Shown here piece after piece: positions 34,446 through 47,688 of a stretch of DNA of 64,000 nt; position 1 is the stretch's first letter, and every line of letters starts with the position of its first letter. Origin of the DNA: Asterias rubens (taxonomy: Eukaryota). The position numbers and the translations under genes were made by a program. The stretch spans positions 6,386,001-6,450,000 of the forward strand of contig NC_047069.1 of the NCBI RefSeq assembly GCF_902459465.1. The letters run 5' to 3'. The notes below the pieces were generated by a model. It was given only the letters and a program-made list of their open reading frames with translations, was not told the DNA's origin and ran no database searches.

Positions 34446-37400
34446 ATGTCGGATGTTGTTACCAAGTACGCGGAAGTTGCTGCTCGGCAGGTAATTCTTC
34501 ACATTCTTTCAATTTTAATTTACAAAACTGGAAAGGAAAAGATTCTGCCAACGCAACGTTCTTCACAAAACTAGCGCAATTGGCTGCATTCTCAGTGTTG
34601 TGTACAATTGTAAAATGTCTTTTATATAATTTGATGTATAAATTGGGGTCCTACTAGCTACTTGCCGTCAACTCGCCGTCAACTCACTTGCGCCGTCAAC
34701 TCGCCGTCAACTCCACCAATATACATTTAAAATTCACAAAAGAAGCATAGAACTGTAAAGTATCAGCTCAAAGAGCATTCGCGTAAGTTTTAGGTCATAT
34801 TTCGGAATAAAAATTGATTTTTTTTCTCGTGAAAAAAAATTCTCGAAGCCAAAAAACTGTCGGCCGCCATCTTGCTTTTTCACAATGATTAGTCTTGGCC
34901 CAAGATGTCAATGATTGGTACTTTTTTTTTATCAACACAAAGTTGTTTTTGTGAATGAATTTGTACCGAAAACCATGAGAAATATGTAGCCCAGACTTAA
35001 CACTTCCGTGCCCCCTTTTTATAGATTTTTCATGTAAATTTAATGAGTTGACGGCACGAAAATGAGTTGACGGCGAGTTGACGGCAAGTCGGCGAGTTGA
35101 CGGCAAGTAGTAGGACCGATAAATTGTTCTGTGTTTGGTATAGTTGGACCTACCTCCATGGTTGGACGGACGGTTTAGACCATGGTTAGCTACCTCCGTG
35201 ATTAGACCATGGGTGTTCTGAATAAATAAATTGTCCCAAGCTCAGTCAAGCAAGCAAGGAAGGAAGACATACAATCATAAAATCATGGGATAACTTTCCG
35301 TATGGCGCCACCACTTTTTCACTCATTTTTACAAAAAGGGATATATCAATCAGGTAAATTAGATACTATATTATTTTATTTCGAATGAAAAAGTGGTGGC
35401 GCCATACGGAAACTTTTCCGAAACGGAGGAAGAATCATGATGTGCAGTCCTACTACTTGCCGTCAACTCGCCGACTTGCCGTCAACTCATTTTCGTGCCG
35501 TCAACTCATTAAATTTACATGAAAAATCTATATAAGGGGCACGGAAGTGTTAAGTCTGGGCTAAACTACATATTTCTCATGGTTTTCGGTAAAAATTCAT
35601 TCACAAAAACGACTTTGTGTTGATAAAAAAAAAGTACCAATCATTGACATCTTGGGCCAAGACTAATCAATGTGAAAAAGCAAGATGGCAGCCGACGGTT
35701 TAACTGCTGCGAGATAATTTTTTCACAACAAAAAAACTCAATTTTTATTCCGAAATATGACCTAAAAATTACGCGAATTCTCTTTGAGCTGATACTTTAC
35801 AGTTCTATGCTTCTTTTGTGGATTTTAAATGTATATTGGAGGAGTTGACGGTGAGTTGACGGCGCAAGTGAGTTGACGGCGAGTTGACGGCAAGTAGTAG
35901 GACCCATGATGTGTGCTGTCATGTTTCTACGCCTTCAGTTTAGTCAGTGACATTTTAATGGGGGTTATTGTGTTCAGGCTGGTGTGTGTTGTGTTAATTG
36001 AAGTATTCACCTTATTTTATTTGAGAAGATATCTCTACCTTTTAAAATAAAATAAGGCCATCCATGGGCTTATTCTTAACTCTAGTAAGATAAGAATAAG
36101 CCAATGGATGGTTAGACCTTTTTTGTTGTGCTCTGAAGTAGTCTTTAAATTTGGTTGCTGCATCGTGCACAGCATCAGAGAACTGCTCCAAACAAGATAA
36201 TTTCTCAAACATCTGCTGAAAACTTACCTCTGTATTTATTAATTTTTGTAAAGCTTTTGTGTGAAGCTCTATTATATAAGTGCCGTTTATTATTACATTA
36301 ATTATTTTTAATATTTTACTAATTTAATAATGTTAATAGCCTTTTCATGAAGGGTCTGTTTTACATGTTTGGTAACGATTCTGAAAACTAATGGCAATAA
36401 AACCTTCTCTATCTATTCTTCCTACATGTACATGGAATCTTTTGGTAAGAAGTACATCAGCTTTGGAGAGTATTGCATTTTGAGAAGGGTTTCACCTCAA
36501 AGTACTACCATTATCCAAACGCATTACTCTATTCAACAATTTTTTAAACAACACATTGTGTATTTCACAGAAACTATTCTTCTTGCGTGGACATTCGCTA
36601 AGCAGTTTCGGCGATATCTCAAAAACGCCACTGCCATGCGAAATGATATTTCCTGAGATTAATTTAAATAGACACAACTACACAGTACATTTGATTAAAA
36701 CAATCAAATGGTAAATAAAAAAAGTTAAGATTGCCTTTGAAGTTCTATCCTTCTAATGGAAGATTACATTTGGAATTACATAAATTGGTTTTGCTAGCAA
36801 ATAAATGCTGGCAGTGTAAACACTTGCTGTCATCCACTTACATAAACTGACAAACCTGAAGTAGTTCGAGATCAATCAGCCATCTGGGTCACAAGAGAAT
36901 AGTGAAAAACCAATTACAAATTTTGCATTGCATTGATGCCAAAACGGAAATGAATAGAATCTTTGTATTAACCTATTCTGAAACGTTCCTTTAAAACTAG
37001 CTCCATAAATGGACATACACCCCGGCCCTGTACATGTAAATAATACCGATATGCTTGACTCCCTCCCTCCCTCTGCTTCTTGGCTCTACGCCCAAGTTCC
37101 TTCCGAAGGGGAAATGTTTTTTTGAAGGGGAAATATTTTTTTTCAAAATTTGAACAATTACCTTGCCTCCAGATGTTATATTCCCTCTGTACTTCAGACA
37201 AAAAAGAACTGGTTCAATAATTCGCTCATCCCAAGGTGCCTTTCTACTGAATATATAGGCTCTGTTCTCATTTTAAACAACCCTGACATTCACATATTTG
37301 TACTAGATGCAATGTCAGAATTGTAAAAAATTAGTACAAAGCCCCAGTGACTTGGTCAGATGCTCTCTTATTGAATGAGCTCATATTACAATTTTCACTT

Positions 37401-40400
37401 TTGTTACTTTTGTTTTTAAGTTAACATTTCAGTGTCCATTGTACTTACTTTTTTACGCAATATCTGTGTAATTATGATTCAGTTGCAGATTTCAAGCTCT
37501 GTTTGATTGTCTTTTTATCAAATTTGTTTCTTTGCCATGCCTTGTGTGTTTTTGTTGATGTATATTGTGTAATAGTATTGCAATTTTCTTGTTGCATATA
37601 TTTCAATCCGATAATTTTTTATACTAAGTGACATTCCCCCATTGTTTGATTCAGTTGAGTTTGGTATGAAATTAAATATCTTGTGTTTTATCTAAATTTT
37701 TGTAGGAGGCTGAGATTGCAAAATTGAAAGAAGAAATTCTTGCTTTGCAAAATGGAGAGGTTGAGTTATCTCCGGAGGTTGAGAAACTCAAAGTTGAGAA
37801 CCAGAAACTCAAGTATCGTCTTGGACACCTACTCAGGGTGAGTTTTTTTCAGCCTTGGTGATGTTTTACATGATCACCTCTCCATATAAACATTATCTGA
37901 CTTCTTTATTTGTTTCCCTGTCACAAAAAAATGTAGAGGCTGATATATTTTACAAACTGGAGTAAAACATCTGGTCCCAATTTCATAGAGCTGCTAAAAG
38001 GCATTGGACACTATTGGTAATTGTCAAAGACCATTCTTCTCGCCTGGTGTGTTTTAACATATAAGCATGAAATAGCAAACCTGTGAAAATCTGAACCCAA
38101 GTGGTTGTCAAGTTGCGAGAGAATAATGGGGAAACGACACCCTTGTTGGACAAGTTGTATGCTTTCAGATGCCTTGAAATCAAAACCTCAACTCAGGTCT
38201 TAAATTAAATTCAAATATTTTAGTGAGAAATTACTTCTTTCTCAAACACTAATTACTTCAGAGGGAGCTGTTTCTCACAATGTTTAATACTATCAACAGC
38301 TTATTGCTCTCCATTGCTCTATAAGTTTTTATGCTAACAGTTATTTTAAGTAATTACCAATAGTGTCCTTGCTTACCAGCAAATGAGGTTACCAGCCAAA
38401 CTACTATGCCACACATAAAATTCGTGACTGGTATCCTGCTCATTTCTGCTTAGCAGAAAATTGGTAAGGAATTTTTTTGCTTAAGCAGACACATGGAATT
38501 GGGCTCTGAAGGCAGGTCTGCTTCTCCACGGAGGTAATTCTTGGTGGCCATCAAACGTATGGCTGTTCCTAAGTTAGGATGAGTAACTAACTTGAGATAA
38601 GAGTAGACTTAACTCTTTGTGAAATACACCCCAGGTCTACGATGGAGCCTATTCAATTTTCAGACCTGGAATTTCATCTTTGAAAGGGCAAGGCCATTTT
38701 CAATTGGCAAAGGGCTCTTCCGTAGGAAAATCTTCAAGTTTTCCAGTTTCTGGGACACTTTTGATGGGGCACTTAGGTAAAGACCAGGGGCAGCACTCCA
38801 ATGCCTTTGTGTTGCTCCTGTAATAAAGATCCCAACCCCAGTTTAGTAATGAAATAATTATTCAGTTGACGTGTGTTTCCATCCTTGCCTTTAGAGCATT
38901 GCTGAAGAAGAAAAGAACACGGCTAAGGCTTCTTCAGATGACGCCAACGTGATGACCAACATCAGCCAGAAGCTGGAGACTGTGTTTGCCACGGCAATCA
39001 AAGCTTCGTTCCCAGAGCTTCCCAATCCGTCAGTTGCTGTAGAATCCAGCAAGAATGATCGCTTTGGCGATTACCAATGCAACAGCGCTATGGCTATTGC
39101 TCAGGTAAAGTAACAAAGTTTCATTCCTTCTGCCAAGGTAGTACTTGTAAAGCAGGACAGTTCTTTTCAGAACTGAGAAGTCTCTAAAATTCTGAACAGC
39201 AAGACAAGTTCTCAAAAGAATATAATCTACCAGCAAGATACACGCACACAGTGTTACTGCAAACCACATTTTATTGATACCTCACCATGCAATCCCTCAA
39301 ATCTTATACAAGATAAGAAAGTTACGGAGAATGACTTAAAATGATTGCTGATAATCAATAACAGGGCCCAATAAGCCATAGTTTGCAGTCCGATTTGAAT
39401 AAAGTCTGGTACAATGAATTGGTTGATCACAATTTACAAAGTAAATTTGAATTCCTCAGACTATAGAGAAGTTGCCTTTTCACAAGATTTTTACTTGAAT
39501 TTTGACCTCCGAATTAACATTCCACATGCCATTCATTGGTAGAGTTTTATTTCATCATTACCTAATTATTTATATTTTTAAGAAAATGCCCATAGTGTAT
39601 TTTATTGTATTTTCTCTCTACCCCTCTCTCTATGTAGCAACTAAGAGCTATTGGAAAGAAGACTTCACCAAATGAAATTGCCAGGGAAGTCGTGAAGAGC
39701 TTGCCACCTAGTGACATCATAGAAAAGGTTTGTGGAAACACTTATTATGTTGGCAACTTTATCTGTAAAACAGAGAAACTTTTGGATTTTATTCACGCTT
39801 TTATTTAACCAAGAATGGAATACAATGATGAAATAAAAAGGAAAAATTGTCGGTGAAATGTTTGACCATTTTTTTTAGTCCGCTTCACTTAAATATTTCA
39901 ACACTGACAGCTAACTGAGTGACGTAACTGCCTGTTATCTAACAAGTCTTCACAAACCGATAATTCAAACCGACTGTGGCGTCACATAAACAGTGCCCTC
40001 ACGCATGACAAAGGAAAAATCAATCGTAGGCTGGTAGTTATGCGTGGCACGTACATAACTGCGAGTTTCCAATGGTCATCTTAACCAATGAAGCCTTTCA
40101 AAATTTTTCCTCCGCCAATCGGAACCTTCCTACTAAGCCTCTTTTTTATTATCCTGGCTCTTCGATGGATAAGCATCCAATTCAAAGTTGGAGTAGCATT
40201 TGTCATCCAATCGGAACCTTAAACCTTAAAAGGTTTCTTTCCTTGCCTTCCACCTTTAGGATACTAGTTTGAATTCCCCTGGAGGCACTTTGTGGATTGG
40301 GTTTTCCAGTCACTAACTGATAACATGGGGTTTCCACCACATATTATAAAACTGAAACTAACTGTTTTGTCGTCTCTCCATTGGGGTTCTTGGCTTCACA

Positions 40401-43400
40401 ACCAGAATAATTGATATGAATAAAACTAAAGCATCACTGCATATCATTATTGGCTACATAGGATTTGAAACTTTGCACGGTGGAAATACGATATAGAAAG
40501 GTTTGCGGTAACACCATGTAATGACTATCTCTAATGAGTAGGAGTGGTTCTGAAAAGAACCGTTGGTTAAACTCGAAGTTTCAATCAGTATCGTCTTTTT
40601 TTTTCTCCTTTTTTTTTTTCTCTCCAGAAGAGGATCAGAGCATACTGATCAAAACGTCGAGTTAAACCAACGGTGGTTTTCAGAACCACCCCAACTCATT
40701 AGAGATAGTCATTACATGTTGTTACGGCAAACCTTGCCATATATTATTGGCTACCTTAATATTCCTTCTTGTTCTTCAATTATTTTTTTCAGGTTGACAT
40801 TGCTGGCCCTGGTTTCATCAATATCCACATCAGACGTCCCTTTGTTTCCACAGTGATCAGTGACATTCTAAACAAGGGAGTCAGGCCGCCAAAGACTGGC
40901 GGCAAGCGACGGGTTGTCATCGACATGTCCTCGCCAAATATTGCTAAGGAAATGCATGTGGGTCATCTAAGGTCAACCATCATTGGTGAGAGCATCTCTC
41001 GACTGCTGGTTTTTGCAGGTGAGTACGGTATACCAGTTAATAAAATGATTCAAAAATCCAAACAAATATTCCTGATGATTGACCATTTGAAATCTTCCAA
41101 AATTTGATCGTTGACAGATCAGTATCCATATGTGTGTCTTTGGACTTCCAAAGCCTCTCTTATAAAATGATTTGATATTGAGTTGGCACCTTTCTATCTT
41201 GTAGGTCATGAACTCGTGAAGGTGAACCATCTGGGTGACTGGGGTACCCAGTTTGGGATGCTTATCGCCCATCTACAGGACCGTTTCCCAAATTACTTGA
41301 CTGAGTCGCCCCCTATCTCCGATCTTCAGGCATTTTACAAGGTACTGTATTATTCTATTTGAAAGATTTGCCAAAAACAACAAGCACTCTAACCAAGGCC
41401 GGAATACAACAGTGTAGAGAAGATGATAAAGAAATTACCAGTTTTCTAGTCGTGGGAGGAAAACCTTCTGCTTCATATTATTTTGACTTTGTGTATATTG
41501 TTTTCTTGTATTAAAGGCAGTGGACACTATTGGTAATTATCAAAGACTAGCCTTCACAGTTGGTGTATCTCAACATATATGCATAAAATAACAAACCTGT
41601 GAAAATTTGGGCTCAATCGGTCATCGAAGTTGCGAGATAATAATGAAAGAAAAAAACACCCTAGTCACACGAACTTGTGTGCCTTTAGATGATTTCGAGG
41701 CCTCAAGTTTTAAACCTGAGGTCTTGAAATAAAATTCGTGGAAAATTACTTCTTTCTCGAAAACTACATTGCTTCAGAGGGAGCCGTTTCTCACAATGTT
41801 TTATACCATCAACCTCACCCCATTACTCGTCACCAAGAAAGGTTTTATGCTAGTAAATATTTTGAGTGTTTACCAATAGTGTCCACTGCCTTTAAAGACA
41901 CTGGACACCTTTGGTAATTGTCAAAGACCAGTTTTTTTACTTGGTGTATCTCAACATAATCTTGTGAACATTTTGACTCAATTGGTCGTCAAAGTTGGGA
42001 GATAATAATGAAAGAAAAAACACCCTTGTCACACTGAGTTGTGTGATTTCATATGCCTGATTTTGTTACTTCAAAATCTAATTCTGAGGTCTTGAAATCA
42101 AATTCATGGAAAATAACTTCTTTCTCGAAAACTTTGCTACTTCAAAGGGAGCCAATTCTCACAATGTTTTAAACTATCAAACGGCTCTCCAAGTTATTTT
42201 TTATGCCAAACAATTATTTTGAGTAATTACCAATAGTTTCCAGTGCCCTTTTAAAATAGCCAAATAAATAACAATAATAACAACAATAAAAACATTAAAA
42301 AAAAAAGTTATTTTATTTTTCATCACATAAGTTTGGTTCATACATACGCGCGTAAACAAAATGTGTGAGTTGATGTGTAGATTGATGTAAACACATATTT
42401 CCAAAGATCAGTCTTGTTGACTTGGTTTTTCTTCATCCTGTAACTATCTCAGGAGTCTAAAGTTCGCTTTGATGAGGATGCTGAGTTCAAGAAGCGTGCC
42501 TACTCATTGGTTGTCAAGCTACAAGCTAAAGATTCAGACATCATCAAAGCATGGACCATGATCTGTGACATCTCATTCAAAGGTAACAGCTCCCGAGTAA
42601 AGAGCAAAGCACTCTCAGGGCTTGAATTTTACACTGGACCCTGGGCTTGATGCCACTGGTTTTAGTGTTGGGCCAGTATAGTTATGACCAGAAAAGTCCG
42701 ACTATCTTGTGTAAAAAAAAAATCATAAATACCTAAGACAATTGATCCATTCTGATTGGTCGAGAGGGCATCACGAGGTGTTGTTTGAACGGATGATATA
42801 ACACCAGTAAAAAGTGTTATAATATGGGCGTGACACGCTCGCTTGCACCTGTGCACATAAGACATTTTTTTTATTCCTATTGGTCGAGAGCAACAGCTGA
42901 AACAGTTGTGCCACATCACGCGATACGCGTTATAAGGAGTTGTTTACCCGTGGGCCTAACCATTTTATAGCTGGAGTAGCCTTGCTCAAGGCAGTCGCAT
43001 TATTCGCTCCAAAAGACGCCGCTGTAAACCCATCCGTATACCCTGTGCGTGGTGCGTGCGATCACACCGCATGACCCACCCGTATACACACTGTCACATT
43101 GTACGACTACTGTGCACACAAGTCATCCGCACTCGTACCACTAACCGCATGCGGAGGCCGTCAGACCAACAGCCCTGTCGGGTCTGTAACACCCGGGTTT
43201 AATGTGTTTCATTAAATAATTTCCACTAGTGGAAAAAAATGTGAGGCAAATGAATTATTCATTTTGACGTCCAGTCACGCACTTCCCTTATCACAACCTT
43301 TGGACCCTATCATGCTCGCTGAGCGTCCGTGGTGGTGGTGTGTGATGTAAACATGTCTCGTCTTTCGCGGGCATTATGGTAATGAGCTGACCGTGGGAAC

Positions 43401-46384
43401 TCTTCGCTTATTATAGTAATGAGGTCAGTGGCTTCAACACAGACCCTACAAGGCTGACGGCCTGAGGGCTGACGCATGCGGATAGTGTACTGGGGCATTG
43501 TGTCGTGCGATGTTACGCACAGTGAATACGGGTGGGTTTTTATACAGTGGTGGTCTTTTTTCGGAGTAAATAATTTGACTGCCTTGAGCAAGGCTATAGC
43601 TGGGGGGTGTTGTGTTGAAAGAAATTGAACAATTATAATTTTTGCATTTATTTTACCTTTTGACCAAAAAGTGTTAATGTTTTTTGACTAAAAAGGTATT
43701 TATGAATGGGAATCAAAGTGTGTTGACTTTGTCTCTGTAAAATGATCAAGTCCAGTCCTCGGCGCGGGTTTAAACCACTAGTTGAAAACCTCTTCACCAC
43801 ACGTTGATTCCCTTATTTTCTTACTATGTATAATCTTGCATGCTCCTTTCCCCCTTGATGGTAATCATGATTCTCTTAATGCTGGTCTAGTGGCCCTCCT
43901 ATCATCAACTTTTTTTAACTCTTTCTTTGTTGTTTCTGTTTTGGTTTTATGGTTCTTTGATTTGCTTTGTATTTGTTTTTGTATTTATAAGTAGATTTAA
44001 TTTTTTTGACATCACAAAAAAAGGTGTTTGTGAGTGATGATGATTAGGCCAAACAAAATAATATGTGTGTTTCCGGTTACCCGACCGACCCTAGAAAAAC
44101 ACGCCGACCCTACGGAATTTTATACATTTACAGACAAAATAAAATAAAACAACCCCGCTCCCACTCCCACCGCACGATTTTAACGTTATTATATTTGATG
44201 TTTCCTTTTTTCTAAAACGTTTTCACATTTAAAATAAAGCATTAGAAAATACACATTTTCTTATGAGAAAAGACGTCGTTGATCCATGGTTGATCAAGTA
44301 CTAGTATTGCAACGACTGACGGACGACGTGTGTAGCGTGTGTTGGGAGGTCGCAGCATGCATTTACACGTGCGAGTTCGTAATGCTAGCAATCTGTTAAT
44401 TGCGCTGCTCAATCTTGAGATTGCACAACAGATGTTGATTGAGCGATGTACGCCGACGAGCTGCGCTACGCCCTCGCATTTGCGCCGCCTGGAAACCCGC
44501 TAAAATTCCCACGTGACACGTCGAGTCTTGTCTCAATGCGTTTATTGCTGGTTCGCGTAGATTTTACTAATAGAGGGCGTTTTATCTCACTGTATTGCAT
44601 TGTTCCAAAACGACCTCTAGCGTTCAATGTTTCTTGTATTTTGTTGCCACACGCAAAGTAACAACGACTACAGGCGTAGAATCTGCTTTCGCGTTACGTG
44701 AAATTTACAGACCTCGAAACGGTTGCTTTTTGGGGCTTATTTTCTGTGTCATTTTAAGAGATTTTCGAGTCGAACTTGGACATCGTTGAATTTACATGCA
44801 AGGGCAAAAATATTTTTAACATTGGTTCCTACCCTAAGTTTTGAAGCAATAAAATAATTCAACAAAATAAAATGTGTTTTCGTCCCTACCGACCCAAATT
44901 TTTTGGCCGGTGTAATAGGAAACACATATATTATTTTGTTTGGCCTTAGGTGTATTGTTGAGGACAGCTTACCTCATCAATCCAATTGCTGGATTGCTAA
45001 GCAAGATTTGTCTGTGCTAAGCAGTTGTGCTTAACAGCTTATAGGCCAAGGAAAGAATGAACAGAATTATTATTTTGATCTTTGCAGCTTTTGAGGAGAT
45101 CTATGAGCGACTTGGCGTCAAGAACCTCATTCCCCGTGGGGAGTCTTTCTACCAAGACATGATGGTATCAACAGTTGAGACCCTGGAGAGCAATGGTGAG
45201 CAGAACATACAAGTCAAGTGGTTAGACCGCAGAACTTGCAATCACAAGGTTGTGGGTTCCAATCCTACAAAGCTAACCACTGATTTCACAATGACTAGAA
45301 TAAGTTATGTCGTCTAGTTACTGAATCACAATTTCTTGATTTGTGCACTTCATAATGGTAGACGCTAGACCAATGTTTGTATGTGACAGACTGGCTGATG
45401 TCAGCTTGCAGTTTAAATACCCTTATCGGAGTTTGCCGAAAAATCTTTTGGGCAACAGCACTCTGCAGGAATGATGTCACATTTGCCCTGAACACGGCAT
45501 GAACACGGTGCTCGCCGCAAACCGCAATTAACCTTGGATGTTGTTTTCTTGTTGATATTGACACAGGTTTTGTAAAGCTGGATGAAGGGAGGAAAATCAT
45601 GTTCACAGATGCCGGCAAAGTGCCATTGACGTTGGTCAAGTCTGACGGAGGGTTCACATACGACACATCGGACATGGCCTGTATTAGATATAGGATTTTC
45701 GAAGACAAGGCAGACTGGATCCTGTATGTTATAGATGCGGGACAGGTAAGATAGCCGTGTGGGGGGGGGGGGGTAGGAAGGGGAAGGCTCTGCTTGCCAG
45801 AGGGCAATAGGTGTCTTTTGGACATTATGTTTTAAACATTTACAATAATATTTTTGCGTTCGTTATTGTCAAGTTTTGATTGAATGCATTTGATGATAAA
45901 TGAACTTTAATCTATGCATCACTGTTTTGTTGGTGTTAAGGTACATGTAACTGCAAATATTTATTTTCAATCCATTGTCAATTTATTGTATTGATGTGTA
46001 CTTTCTTCCTCCTGTCCTTTCAATTCTATTTTATTTTAATTGTGCTATGTCAATTATATTCATAAGTTGTCATATGAGACCTGTAATCTCTCATACGTAC
46101 TTATATTCACACTGTCTCTTTTTGCAGAACGAAGAATTGTTTAACTTTGATATTGTTTGTTTGTATAGTGCCCATGAATATTACTAAAAATGCATTTGAA
46201 ACTATAATGCATTGCTGTTTGTATTATTTTATTGATTGATTGTTCTTTGATTTGATATAATTGATTGATTGGTTGATTGAATCGCGATATTTATCTTTAA
46301 ATTATATTTGCTTGCCCAAATTGCCTATTCAACTCTCTTCACATTCATTGTATTTATATTGATTGTATTTGGAAGCATGTTGAC

Positions 46385-46428
<44 letters not shown>

Positions 46429-46547
46429 CGATTTAATTTAATCGCAATATTTGTCTTTAAATGTTATTTTCTTGCCCCCATTTCCTATTCCACTTTACCA
46501 TCTTTATTTTCATTGCATTCATTGATTGGAATTGGAAACAATGTTGA

Positions 46548-46580
<33 letters not shown>

Positions 46581-47657
46581 CTGATTGATTGATTGATAAT
46601 TAATTGATTTATTGATTGAATCCCGATCTTTGTCTTATTTGTATTTGCTTGCCTCCACCATTTCCTATTTTACTTAATCCTCTTTATACTCATTGCATTC
46701 ATATTGATTGGAATTGGAAACAATGTTGATTGATTGATCGATTGATTGATTGATTGAATTTTGCTCTTTGTCTTACCGATATTTGCTTGTCCCTATTTCC
46801 TATTCTTCTTTGTCTTTATATTCAACCCATTGCATTCATATTGGTTAGATTTTGAAGAAAATGTTGATTGATTGATTGATTGATTGAATTTTTATCTTTG
46901 TCTTATTGATATTTGATTGCCCCTTTTTCCTATTCTTCTTTACTCTCTTTTTATTCATTGCATTTGTATTGATTAGAATTGGAAACAATGTTGATTGATA
47001 GATTGATTGATGATTAATTGATTGACTGATTGAATCCTGATCTTTGTATTATTGATATTTATTTGGCCCTATATTTATTCCACAATCTACTTTATCCTCT
47101 TTATATTCATTGCTTTCATATCAATAATTGAAAATAATGTTTTTTGAATGATTGATTGATTGATTGATTGATTGCTTGTTATCATCACTAATTATAGCAC
47201 AGTGAATTCTACTTTTTTTGTATTTATCATACCATCTTTTCGCTCTTCATTTTCAGTGTACTCAAACCAAGGCTGGGAAGCAAATACAGAGTCTGTCCCC
47301 CTTGACATACAATTAGTATTAGAACTATCTCTGGCATAGTGTATACAGGGAGCCAGTCTTAGAAAGATAGTCACAGTAGTCAAAGTATAATGTTAAACTT
47401 TGTGTTGGAACATCTGTACCGTGCCTAAATGAACTTTGATTTTTATGTCATCAAGCGCACATATGAACAATGATTGCATCATCTCGATTTTAACTTCTAA
47501 TTTTACATCCTGCTTTCACTTTCTTTCATTAATTTATACGTAAGTTTTGTTACAGGATATTTTGTTATGACACTCTCTTGTGCTTTGCTCTGTTTCCTTT
47601 CTGTTTAAGGAACCTTTGTTTCCCGATACTTTCATTAACCCCTACCCCAACTTCATA

Positions 47658-47688
<31 letters not shown>

